DNA of 64,000 nucleotides, taken from IMG/VR virus record IMGVR_UViG_3300045988_119557, positions 1 to 64,000 of that record; one strand, given 5' to 3'. The stretch's first letter is position 1. Every line of letters begins with the position of its first letter. Position numbers and translations under genes: made by a program. The notes beneath the pieces were generated by a model. That model did no database searches and was not told the DNA's origin. It was given only the letters and a program-made list of their open reading frames with translations. Of the stretch, positions 17,883 through 25,702 are shown one piece after another. This DNA comes from a virus.

Positions 17883-18659
17883 ATGAAAATGGAAAAGTTG
17901 AATATGAACCTGTTTGTGGAAAAATCAAACAATGTACATTCCAATAAATATGATTACTCGAAAGTAAGCTATATAAACAATAAAACAAAAATTTGTATTA
18001 TATGCCCGATTCATGGAGAGTTTTTTCAGACACCGAACTCTCACATAACTGGTCATGGTTGTCCAAAGTGTAAATCATGTAATAATAAGAAACTTATTTT
18101 TGGGGTTGGTATAAATGATTTAAACGATTACATATTTTCTGACTATAAGTTATCAAAATGTTATACCGTTTGGCATAGTATGCTTAGGAGATGTTATTCA
18201 AGCGTATATCAAAAACATAAGAAAAGTTATATAGGATGTAGCGTTTGTAGTGAATGGTTGTTTTTATCTAACTTTTATAAATGGTTTAATGAAAACCACG
18301 TGGACGGTTTTGAGCTTGATAAAGATATTCTATTTAAGGGTAATAAAATTTATAGTCCACAAACATGTAGTTTTATCCCTCGGAGGATAAACTGCTTATT
18401 AGTGTCATGTAAATCTAAAAGGGGTATTTATCCGATAGGAGTTAAGAGAAATGGAAAATTATACGAATCTTCATGCAAAATCAATGGGAAAGATGTGTAT
18501 TTGGGATTGTTTAAAAATGCAAATGACGCTTTTTTAGCGTATAAAAAATTTAAAGAATCTTATATAAAGGAATTGGCTACAAGTTACTATAACAATGGTA
18601 ATATTACAAAAGAGGTATATAACGCTTTGTTAAAATACGAAGTAGAAATAAATGATTAA
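17883..18659 (+). CDS. AP2-domain endonuclease-like protein (homing-endonuclease-associated architecture)
   Basis: N-terminal Zn-ribbon-like module (KICIICPIHGEFFQTPNSHITGHGCPKC). C-terminal AP2-like GVKRNGKLYESSCKINGKDVYLGLFKNANDAFLAYKKF. Confidence 0.55.
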   Translation: MKMEKLNMNLFVEKSNNVHSNKYDYSKVSYINNKTKICIICPIHGEFFQTPNSHITGHGCPKCKSCNNKKLIFGVGINDLNDYIFSDYKLSKCYTVWHSMLRRCYSSVYQKHKKSYIGCSVCSEWLFLSNFYKWFNENHVDGFELDKDILFKGNKIYSPQTCSFIPRRINCLLVSCKSKRGIYPIGVKRNGKLYESSCKINGKDVYLGLFKNANDAFLAYKKFKESYIKELATSYYNNGNITKEVYNALLKYEVEIND

Positions 18660-19122
18660 TATGGAATTAAAAGCAAAGAGAATTTTCAAAGGTAGTTTGT
18701 ATACTATCAGCAAGTTATATGTAGATGGTGTTTACGAATGTGATGTGTTAGAGGATACCGATAGAGATCTTTCGGATAGCATGGATATATCAGAGATAAA
18801 GAAAGTGAAACAGTACGGAAAGACAGCTATTCCCACAGGAACGTATGCCATTGATATGGATACTGTCAGCCCTAAATTCAAAGATCGTGGGTGGGCAAAG
18901 GTGTGTAGCGGTAAACTACCTCGACTCAGAAATGTAAAGGGTTTCGATGGCGTATTAATCCACGTAGGAAATAAATCGGAGGATACATTAGGATGCTTAT
19001 TGACAGGATACAACAAAGTGAAGGGGCAAGTCGTAAACAGTACAGTCGCTTTCACTAAGTTATATGAAAAGATGAAAGAAGCGCATGAAAGAGGCGAATG
19101 TATTAACTTAACTATCGAATAA
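18652..19122 (+). CDS. DUF5675-like protein (possible cell-wall enzyme, YkuD-like HxnGC signature)
   Basis: YTISKLYVDGVYECDVLED...GKTAIPTGTY...GVLIHVGNKSEDTLGCLLTG. Confidence 0.5.
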   Translation: MINMELKAKRIFKGSLYTISKLYVDGVYECDVLEDTDRDLSDSMDISEIKKVKQYGKTAIPTGTYAIDMDTVSPKFKDRGWAKVCSGKLPRLRNVKGFDGVLIHVGNKSEDTLGCLLTGYNKVKGQVVNSTVAFTKLYEKMKEAHERGECINLTIE

Positions 19123-19197
19123 CATGAGCGCGATTTTTCGTGGGTGCATGTATCTTACAATCCAAATAGACTAAGAAAGCAAGTGCTAAAAATGTGA
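19123..19197 (+). pseudogene. C-terminal relic of an M15-family peptidase
   Basis: Reads HERDFSWVHVSYNPNRLRKQVLKM-stop. WVHVSY...R.QVL is the conserved C-terminus of the same family as the relic at 17764. It is in frame with, and directly after, the DUF5675 TAA. Confidence 0.5.
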
Positions 19198-19226
19198 AAA
19201 AACTTTAGTGTTTAGTTTTTAACTAC

Positions 19227-19234
19227 TATATTTG
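19227..19234 (+). promoter_or_regulatory. -7 promoter box (TAtaTTTG)
   Basis: Exact TAnnTTTG match 109 nt upstream of ATG 19343. Confidence 0.5.
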
Positions 19235-19286
19235 CAGCGTCAGCCACCACTGACACAAAAAGAAGAAATAGTTTTATCTATATATT

Positions 19287-19330
19287 AATCGGGATTTAGA
19301 TGCGTGGTGGCTCTATTTCCCGATTTTTTT
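19287..19330 (+). terminator. intrinsic-terminator-like hairpin inside a 5' leader
   Basis: AATCGGGA-tt-TAGA-tgcgtggtggc-TCTA-tt-TCCCGATT followed by a T7 run, ending 12 nt before the antirepressor ATG. Confidence 0.55.
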
Positions 19331-19342
19331 ATAAAAAGCAAT

Positions 19343-20065
19343 ATGAAAGAATTAGTATTTAAAGGAGAATCAAATCAAGTTTTAACGAACAGTCTGCTGG
19401 TGGCAGAAAAGTTTGGGAAAGAACACAAAAGAGTAATGCAGGATATAAGAGAATTAAAATGCAGTAATCAATTTAAACAGCACAATTTCGTGCTTTCCTC
19501 TTATAAGAGTGAACAGAATCGAGAATTGCCTATGTATGTGATGAATAAAGACGGATTTACTCTTTTAGTTATGGGATATACTGGTGAAATAGCTATGAAA
19601 TTTAAGGAGGAATACATTAAGGCTTTCAATGAAATGGAGGAGATTATAAAAAATGGAAGCTATTGTGTGCCTAAATCATTCCGTGAAGCTCTTTTACTTG
19701 CAGCCGAACAACAGGCTCAGATTGAACAACAGCAAATGCGTATTGAAGAGATGAAACCTAAAGAAGAGTTTTTTGATCAAGTAACAGATAGTAAGGACGC
19801 ATGTGATATGGCAACAGTGGCTAAAGTACTAAACATGGGAGTTGGTAGAAACAAACTATTTGAAATATTGAGAGATAAGAAAGTCCTCCAAGAGAGAAAC
19901 GCACCATACCAGTCTTACATAGATAGAGGATGGTTTAGAGTCATAGAAAGCAAATACACCAAGCCCAATGGAGACATGTGTGTAAACTACAAAACCATAG
20001 TTTATCAAAAAGGCATAGATGGTATCAGAAAGCTATTATCAGAACTAAAGAATGCCGGGGAGTAA
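19343..20065 (+). CDS. phage antirepressor (Rha-like N-terminus + ANT-like C-terminus)
   Basis: VLTNSLLVAEKFGKEHKRVMQDIREL (Rha-like) and C-terminal DMATVAKVLNMGVGRNKLFEILRDKKVL. ATG 19343 is preferred over the track start 19304. Confidence 0.7.
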   Translation: MKELVFKGESNQVLTNSLLVAEKFGKEHKRVMQDIRELKCSNQFKQHNFVLSSYKSEQNRELPMYVMNKDGFTLLVMGYTGEIAMKFKEEYIKAFNEMEEIIKNGSYCVPKSFREALLLAAEQQAQIEQQQMRIEEMKPKEEFFDQVTDSKDACDMATVAKVLNMGVGRNKLFEILRDKKVLQERNAPYQSYIDRGWFRVIESKYTKPNGDMCVNYKTIVYQKGIDGIRKLLSELKNAGE

Positions 20066-20071
20066 TACTCC

Positions 20072-20254
20072 CTATTCTTTTAATCTTTTTAATTCCTCAA
20101 TTCTAAACAGAAGAAAGCCTTTTATCTTCTCAAATTCAAACTGTGGCATTTCACACATTAATTGATTTATAACAGAGTCTATTTCATACTTCTTGCGTAA
20201 AATCGCAAGCTTTACAGAGTCATATTTTACCTTGTTTAGCTTCATGGATTTCAT
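20072..20254 (-). CDS. hypothetical protein
   Basis: Last ORF of the minus-strand island, convergent with 19343..20065. Confidence 0.4.
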   Translation of the reverse strand: MKSMKLNKVKYDSVKLAILRKKYEIDSVINQLMCEMPQFEFEKIKGFLLFRIEELKRLKE

Positions 20255-20432
20255 TTTTTAACAAGTTATTAATCTTTTCTTCTGTGAATCCGAATTTCCC
20301 GGCAAAAGATAGGAAATTCTTCTTATTCTTTATTGGTATTAATGAAAATAGTGAATTAATAGGAGTATCACTTTCAATGGCTTTTTTAATTTCTTTTTTA
20401 TTCATAATAATTGTTTTTTGTTTTTGCAACAA
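20220..20432 (-). CDS. hypothetical protein
   Basis: Overlaps both neighbours on the same strand. Confidence 0.4.
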   Translation of the reverse strand: MLQKQKTIIMNKKEIKKAIESDTPINSLFSLIPIKNKKNFLSFAGKFGFTEEKINNLLKNEIHEAKQGKI

Positions 20433-20824
20433 TCACATAAATATTTCTTTGCCGAATCCCATGTCTTATCTATGATGTAATCACCTAAATATTGTATTTC
20501 CTCGCCATGAGGGCTTATATCATAAGTAAGGCATATATGGTCTGCTAAGTGTCCTGATTCATGAGACCAAGTTTTTTCAAACTCTTTTGCACTGCTCGTT
20601 CTACCTATAACAATTACACTTTTATGCGCTAAGTGATTAGAAAATGTGAGTCCGTTATTATATCCACATGTAGTTAGATTTTTATAAGCTCTTTTAAGAG
20701 ACTCCTCTCCACATTCGATATATTCTAATTCCTCTATTACATCTTCAAAATATTTGCAAGTATAATCATAAAAGATAGTGACAGTCCAATCGTATTTATA
20801 TAAATATATTGTTTCTATTTCCAT
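20402..20824 (-). CDS. putative zinc metallopeptidase (HExxH)
   Basis: WSHESGHLADH contains HExxH plus a downstream His. About 140 aa with a Cys-rich C-terminus. Confidence 0.45.
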   Translation of the reverse strand: MEIETIYLYKYDWTVTIFYDYTCKYFEDVIEELEYIECGEESLKRAYKNLTTCGYNNGLTFSNHLAHKSVIVIGRTSSAKEFEKTWSHESGHLADHICLTYDISPHGEEIQYLGDYIIDKTWDSAKKYLCDCCKNKKQLL

Positions 20825-20858
20825 AATATTTAAAAAGGCACATTTTAAGTGCCTAAAA

Positions 20859-21269
20859 TTAAAGCATATCTTCCCAATTAATGGCTATTCCAAAACCATA
20901 CATGTCTGCTAAAAAGTGCCTAAAAGCTTTTTCTGTAGATGGATAATCAGGGTCATCAATATACGCTTTAATAAATTTAGCCAGCTGATCTTCGGAGCTT
21001 ATTACTGTACCCCAATAATCTGCTTTAGCCATGTGTAGAACATACAACCCATTATAACCATTATCTTTTTCAAGTTCAATGCCATACAGTTTAAGCAATT
21101 CATCATACTTTTCTTTCGGTATTGGTGTGATTTTCCCTTCTTTAGTTTTCATCATAGATACTGCAAAATCACACATTTTTTTAGAAAAGTTGAATCCATA
21201 ATTTTGTAGATAAATCCGCATATCTTCCGGGATATTATCATATAAATCAAAACTTGCTCCTTTTTTCAT
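20859..21269 (-). CDS. hypothetical protein
   Basis: Well-formed ORF in the island with no motif I recognise. Confidence 0.5.
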   Translation of the reverse strand: MKKGASFDLYDNIPEDMRIYLQNYGFNFSKKMCDFAVSMMKTKEGKITPIPKEKYDELLKLYGIELEKDNGYNGLYVLHMAKADYWGTVISSEDQLAKFIKAYIDDPDYPSTEKAFRHFLADMYGFGIAINWEDML

Positions 21270-21315
21270 ATCTTTTAGTATTAAAGGGGGACTATTATAT
21301 CCCCCTTAGTTTATA

Positions 21316-21588
21316 TTAGCGACGACGACCACGACCAGAGCCTCTTACACCTCTGCGCTCTCCCATCATTTCGTCATCATCGTATTCATCGTATCTATTC
21401 CCGTAAGAACCACCACGACTACCACCACCATAAGAACCGCCTTGTCCGCTACGTTCTCCCATTGATTCCATTTCGTCCCAAAGGGTTTCGAAATCTTCTT
21501 TTAGGCATTCAAGACTCTCTTTGAAGTCCTTAAAGGCTTTTCCTAATCCACCTTTTCTTTCGCCTTCCATTATTTCAATCATTCCCAT
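21316..21588 (-). CDS. Gly/Arg-rich acidic-basic low-complexity protein
   Basis: Helical acidic N-terminus, then GQGGSYGGGSRGGSYGNRYDEYDDDEMMGERRGVRGSGRGRRR. Confidence 0.5.
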   Translation of the reverse strand: MGMIEIMEGERKGGLGKAFKDFKESLECLKEDFETLWDEMESMGERSGQGGSYGGGSRGGSYGNRYDEYDDDEMMGERRGVRGSGRGRRR

Positions 21589-21595
21589 AATATTA

Positions 21596-22126
21596 TTATT
21601 TAGAATTTGTTGTTTTGGGTTTATTAGACGTATTCATTTCCATCAAAAGAGATTTTATATCTCCCAATCCATCTTTTACGGATTTAACCTCTTGCTCCAA
21701 TGAATTAATCCTATCTTCTTGTTGCTTTTCTTTGGCAAATTGAGGATTTAGTTCTTTTAAAATACTATCACAAGATTCTATAACAGATTTATGATATGGA
21801 ACGCTTTCTACAATTTGCTTACTGGTTTGCATCATTGCTTCAACTTCCGAAATGATAGCCTCTTTCTTTTCGGAAACAATCACATTTGGATAAGCAAAAA
21901 TTTCACCATTTGCTGGTAATTTTTGAAAGTCTAAAACTTCCTCGCCACATCTTACCTTAATGTCAATAAGCATTTCTGGTTGAGGACTATAAGGTACTGA
22001 CGGATTATAAGTAGGATATTTAGGGACAGGTGAACTTACAGATTCAATCTGTCCTATCTTAACAGTTGGTCTTTCTCCTTTAGAAAGAACATATATAAAA
22101 CCACCTTGTCTACTTGATGAAAACAT
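21596..22126 (-). CDS. hypothetical protein (Pro/Tyr-rich linker + coiled C-terminus)
   Basis: PVPKYPTYNPSVPYSPQP segment, with a C-terminal EQEVKSVKDGLGDIKSLL coil. Confidence 0.5.
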   Translation of the reverse strand: MFSSSRQGGFIYVLSKGERPTVKIGQIESVSSPVPKYPTYNPSVPYSPQPEMLIDIKVRCGEEVLDFQKLPANGEIFAYPNVIVSEKKEAIISEVEAMMQTSKQIVESVPYHKSVIESCDSILKELNPQFAKEKQQEDRINSLEQEVKSVKDGLGDIKSLLMEMNTSNKPKTTNSK

Positions 22127-22181
22127 ATAATAAACTTTTAATTTGTTTTACATAGACGGGGTTTTACTCCCGTCTATAGAT

Positions 22182-22691
22182 TCACTTACTTGTTGCTAAT
22201 GTAGGTGCAGGAGTTGTTCCGCCTGTCTGAAAATTGACAAAACGTATAATCCCCTCTCTTTTATTGATAAAAGCAAAGACCTCTTTTGAGTTTGTTATAT
22301 CAGAACCAATAACATTTGAGCTGTTATGATCTATAACATTTACTTTACTTTCACCATTATTAGAAGAAGAACTCCCTACATTTGTACTATTATTGGACGT
22401 TGGAATAGCAATCGTTACAGGCAATGCTTCACCACCTGTTGGAACTGCTTGATTAACTTGCACAGTCACATAACATTCACAAGGAAGCTGATTATACAGA
22501 CATTTGTCAATCCCATAGTCTACACTCGTCTCTGATAAGGCTACGTTTGTTGTCGGCAACTCAAATATACAGAGTTGTTTCAAACAAGAACGTTGTCTCG
22601 TAGGAATAGCTGGACCGGGACCACCTACCCACCAATACGTATCAAAAGGATTTAATGGATTTCCATACATAGATACCTCCTTTCTTAACAA
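22182..22691 (-). CDS. Cys-containing beta-rich hypothetical protein
   Basis: The start overlaps the stop of 22685..23656. Contains YGNPLNPFDTYWWVGGPGP, several Cys and a Ser/Asn-rich stretch. Confidence 0.5.
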   Translation of the reverse strand: MLRKEVSMYGNPLNPFDTYWWVGGPGPAIPTRQRSCLKQLCIFELPTTNVALSETSVDYGIDKCLYNQLPCECYVTVQVNQAVPTGGEALPVTIAIPTSNNSTNVGSSSSNNGESKVNVIDHNSSNVIGSDITNSKEVFAFINKREGIIRFVNFQTGGTTPAPTLATSK

Positions 22692-23656
22692 CCACAGTTA
22701 CTATAAGGTGATACACTCATATTAACTGGTACGCTATAGTTAACAGGTATATAGTTACCAGCAGCTGGGATATAAGGAATTGTTATCGTTTCAGGTTGTT
22801 TACATTCAATTTTAGCCAATCGAGCACTCAAATCATTTAAAGCTGCACCAAGAGGAGCCGTTGCCTGTCCGACGATCTGAGAGGTCATGGCAGAACTTTT
22901 AAATGTGCTATTCTCCTCACGAAGTTTATCAATCTTGTTCTGCATTTCGCGCATTTCAGCCGCACGCTGACCGGCAAGAATCTGCTGTGTGCTATCCTTG
23001 ATGGAATTTTGCAGATCACAAGTCTGACGTTGAGTTTCATATGCAACAGAAGCAAAGCCTCTTTCCTGACCAGTCGCAACGCCGTTAATGGCATTTTGCA
23101 ATGTGTTCGTTTGCTGACAGATCGCCAGACGGTTTTCGCAGCAGCATGAAGCAATCTGTTGAGCGATCTGACAGTTACCCTGCTGGATAGCATTGATAAT
23201 CTGCATTGAGCTTTGACCAACCTGATTCCCTACCTGTTGCACCTGTGACATCACTCCATTGATAGCATTCTGAACCTGACCGATTGAACAGTTTAAATTA
23301 GTAGCCAGATTGTTGATTGCCTGTCCGTTCCCCTGAATAGCACTCATTAGTAATTCCCTTCCTGCATCATTGTTAATCAAATTTGGAATACCAGCGACAC
23401 CATATCCGCCACCATTTCCACCATCGTTACCCCAACCATTACGACCGAAAAGAGGAAAAAGGAAGAACAAGAAGATAATCCATAAGAACCATGAGCCATC
23501 TCCGCCAAACCCGTTTCCATTTCCTTTGCTATTCAAAGCCATTAACAAGTTAGGGTCAATACCTTTCTGCTGCAAAAGTGGAGCAAGCATAGCCATCATT
23601 CCACTTCCGCTTCCACTCCCTACATCAGGAGTATAAACAACTGTTTTTGATTCCAT
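22685..23656 (-). CDS. membrane-anchored Gly-rich / Gln-Asn-rich coiled protein with Cys clusters
   Basis: GSGSGSG, a TM helix WFLWIIFLFFLFPLFG flanked by G/N-rich runs, and a repeated QNAINGV motif. Also CCC and terminal CGC. Visibly higher GC than its surroundings. Confidence 0.6.
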   Translation of the reverse strand: MESKTVVYTPDVGSGSGSGMMAMLAPLLQQKGIDPNLLMALNSKGNGNGFGGDGSWFLWIIFLFFLFPLFGRNGWGNDGGNGGGYGVAGIPNLINNDAGRELLMSAIQGNGQAINNLATNLNCSIGQVQNAINGVMSQVQQVGNQVGQSSMQIINAIQQGNCQIAQQIASCCCENRLAICQQTNTLQNAINGVATGQERGFASVAYETQRQTCDLQNSIKDSTQQILAGQRAAEMREMQNKIDKLREENSTFKSSAMTSQIVGQATAPLGAALNDLSARLAKIECKQPETITIPYIPAAGNYIPVNYSVPVNMSVSPYSNCGC

Positions 23657-23814
23657 AAAAAATACATTTAATATAGTCCGACATTGAACTATGTTCTGAA
23701 TAAACTAAAAATAATGGAATCAAAATACACAGTATTTTTATATTTTTCGAGCGTTGTGTTTCAGCGTGTTATGATATATTATAGAATATATTTGGAGGGT
23801 AGTGATAAAACCAT

Positions 23815-23822
23815 TACATTTG
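23815..23822 (+). promoter_or_regulatory. -7 promoter box (TAcaTTTG), with a second box TAtaTTTG at 23787-23794
   Basis: Exact TAnnTTTG matches upstream of ATG 23841. Confidence 0.45.
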
Positions 23823-23840
23823 TGCCATATATTTATCACT

Positions 23841-24182
23841 ATGACGCTAACAACAGAACAACAACATAAAGTCGATCAGATAGCCAACGAAGTCTATAAA
23901 TACTTCGGAGTTACAGAGCAAGATATAATTAATCATAATATGAAAGAAAAGCCTTCTACTGCTCGGTATTTTCTTTATTATATATTGCACTATAGCTTAG
24001 GCTTATCTTCGGCAACAATCGCGAATATGTACTTTAGAGCACCGCGATGTGTTAAACGTGGTGTTGCTAAAATAAAATTGGGAGTCGTAAGGCACAAGTA
24101 TTACAATGCTATTTACACCGACTTGATGGAAAGAATCCAGCCTTTGATTCCCGAAGATATTGATAGATTCTTAAACAAATAA
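23841..24182 (+). CDS. DnaA-C-terminal-like HTH protein (tentative)
   Basis: KPSTARYFLYYILHYSLGLSSATIANMYFRAPRCVKRGVAKIK follows the DnaA domain IV pattern (R..aR...Y...g.s...Ia..f.r....V....ki). ATG 23841 is preferred. Confidence 0.4.
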   Translation: MTLTTEQQHKVDQIANEVYKYFGVTEQDIINHNMKEKPSTARYFLYYILHYSLGLSSATIANMYFRAPRCVKRGVAKIKLGVVRHKYYNAIYTDLMERIQPLIPEDIDRFLNK

Positions 24183-24189
24183 TAAAACA

Positions 24190-24390
24190 ATGAACGATTT
24201 GAAAATTAACAAGGGAGTAATGACTTCGAGAGAGATTGCGGATCTGACGGGGAAGGAACACAAAAACGTAATGCAAGATATTAGAAATCTTGTTGCCCAA
24301 CTGCCAGAAAAAGATAGGCTGAATTTTCAGCTCACCTCTTATACAGATGCGAAAGGTGAGAAACGTCCTATGTATGAGCTAACAAATTAA
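24190..24390 (+). CDS. Rha-family N-terminal domain protein (stand-alone)
   Basis: VMTSREIADLTGKEHKNVMQDIRNL. Confidence 0.55.
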   Translation: MNDLKINKGVMTSREIADLTGKEHKNVMQDIRNLVAQLPEKDRLNFQLTSYTDAKGEKRPMYELTN

Positions 24391-24404
24391 CTAAAAAAAG
24401 ACAT

Positions 24405-25154
24405 ATGAAAAATAGAATTAAAATTTTCGAGAACGCAGAGTTCGGGAAGGTTAGAGTTAATACAGTGAACAATGAACCAATGTTCTGCCTAAGTGATGTA
24501 TGTAGGGTGTTAGGATTAACGCAACCATCAAAAGTAAAAGAAAGATTAAATGAAAAGGGTGTGAATACTATTCCTACCCTTACCTCAGGAGGCACACAAG
24601 AACTTTTGTATATTAACGAAAGTAATCTTTATAAAACAATCTTTCAGAGTCGAAAGGAATGCGCAGAACGTTTTTCCGATTGGGTAACTTCGGAAGTCCT
24701 TCCGTCCATTAGAAAGAATGGAGGATATATCATGGAGAAACAAGATGAAACGCCCGAAGAGCTTATGGCGCGTGCGTTAATGATTGCACAAGAAACCTTA
24801 AAGCGCAAGGAGCAAAGGCTGCTCGAAGCTGAGACCAAAATCAAAGAGAATGCTCCAAAGGTTGAATACTTCAATGGGCTTGTCGAGAGAGGGAATAATC
24901 TTAATTTTCGTGATACAGCGAAGCTACTTGGGGTTAAAGAAAAAACTTTCATTTATATTTTTATTGATAAAGGGTATGTCTATCGTGATGCAAAAGGAAA
25001 ACTAAAACCGATAGCCAAATATGTAGGCAAATACTTTGAGTTGAAGGAATGGGTCACCAATGATAAATCTGGAACGCAAACTCTTATTACGGTGACAGGA
25101 AGAGAAAAGTTCGCCAGCATACTTAAGGAATACATTTCAGAGAGTTTTAATTGA
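24405..25154 (+). CDS. phage antirepressor (Bro-N + KilAC)
   Basis: FENAEFGKVRVNTVNNEPMFCLSDVCRVLGL (Bro-N). The C-terminus NFRDTAKLLGVKEKTF...KPIAKYVGKYFELKEW is paralogous to 3240..3938. Confidence 0.8.
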   Translation: MKNRIKIFENAEFGKVRVNTVNNEPMFCLSDVCRVLGLTQPSKVKERLNEKGVNTIPTLTSGGTQELLYINESNLYKTIFQSRKECAERFSDWVTSEVLPSIRKNGGYIMEKQDETPEELMARALMIAQETLKRKEQRLLEAETKIKENAPKVEYFNGLVERGNNLNFRDTAKLLGVKEKTFIYIFIDKGYVYRDAKGKLKPIAKYVGKYFELKEWVTNDKSGTQTLITVTGREKFASILKEYISESFN

Positions 25155-25180
25155 GCCATATTTAATAAAAACCAATAAAA

Positions 25181-25558
25181 ATGAAAAAGAACATTCTATT
25201 TTTAGTATTAGCATTAATGCTTGCATTTTCTTCTTGTTCTAAAGGAGAAGATAGTCATAACGATTTTCTTCTTGAAAACACAACATGGTTGTGCATCGAG
25301 AATCAAATCACCATGCAATTTACTTCTGCAAAAGATGTAAAAGTCGAATCAGATTTATGGGCTGACCGCTATGGAACTTATATTCAAAACGAAAAGTCTA
25401 TTAAATTCTTTGATCTATGGGCATTAATATCAATCACTCCTTATGATTTCAAATCTGCTACCTTGTCAGACTACGGAACAAATATGAAGGTAAAATGCGT
25501 AGATAAAAATAATGGAGAAGAAAAAGAGTTAACTTTTGTGAAAGAAGTAGCTAAGTAA
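25181..25558 (+). CDS. lipoprotein (moron-like)
   Basis: Signal peptide plus lipobox MKKNILFLVLALMLAFSSC, followed by its own terminator. Confidence 0.7.
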   Translation: MKKNILFLVLALMLAFSSCSKGEDSHNDFLLENTTWLCIENQITMQFTSAKDVKVESDLWADRYGTYIQNEKSIKFFDLWALISITPYDFKSATLSDYGTNMKVKCVDKNNGEEKELTFVKEVAK

Positions 25559-25663
25559 CATCCCTTTTACTGTCTTTGTAAACAAGAAATAGCAGCAACT
25601 TAAATTTCTTAACTCATATCATTTTTTTTAGTGTTAAACATAGAATATAGGTTTAAAGGGTTT

Positions 25664-25702
25664 ATCCCCAAGAGTATGTGAATATTCTTGGGGATGTTTT
25701 TT
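25664..25702 (+). terminator. Rho-independent terminator between convergent genes
   Basis: ATCCCCAAGA (25664-25673) pairs perfectly with TCTTGGGGAT (25686-25695), followed by GTTTTTT. Confidence 0.75.

Noticed and set aside
17764-19197. Group I intron (with homing endonuclease) splitting the M15 peptidase gene.
   Set aside because: The two flanking coding pieces total only about 40 aa and lack the catalytic H..D...H core, so splicing could not restore a functional enzyme. The intervening DNA is fully coding.
18652-19197. Translational read-through of the DUF5675 TAA into the in-frame M15 C-terminal relic.
   Set aside because: In-frame placement has a one-in-three chance, and there is no read-through context or structure that I recognise. 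It is kept only as a remark in the finding.
22885-23220. 111-aa same-strand ORF overlapping 22685..23656 in another frame.
   Set aside because: It lies in the locally GC-richer, stop-poor segment of the larger gene. Its Arg/Leu-rich translation looks like a compositional artefact.
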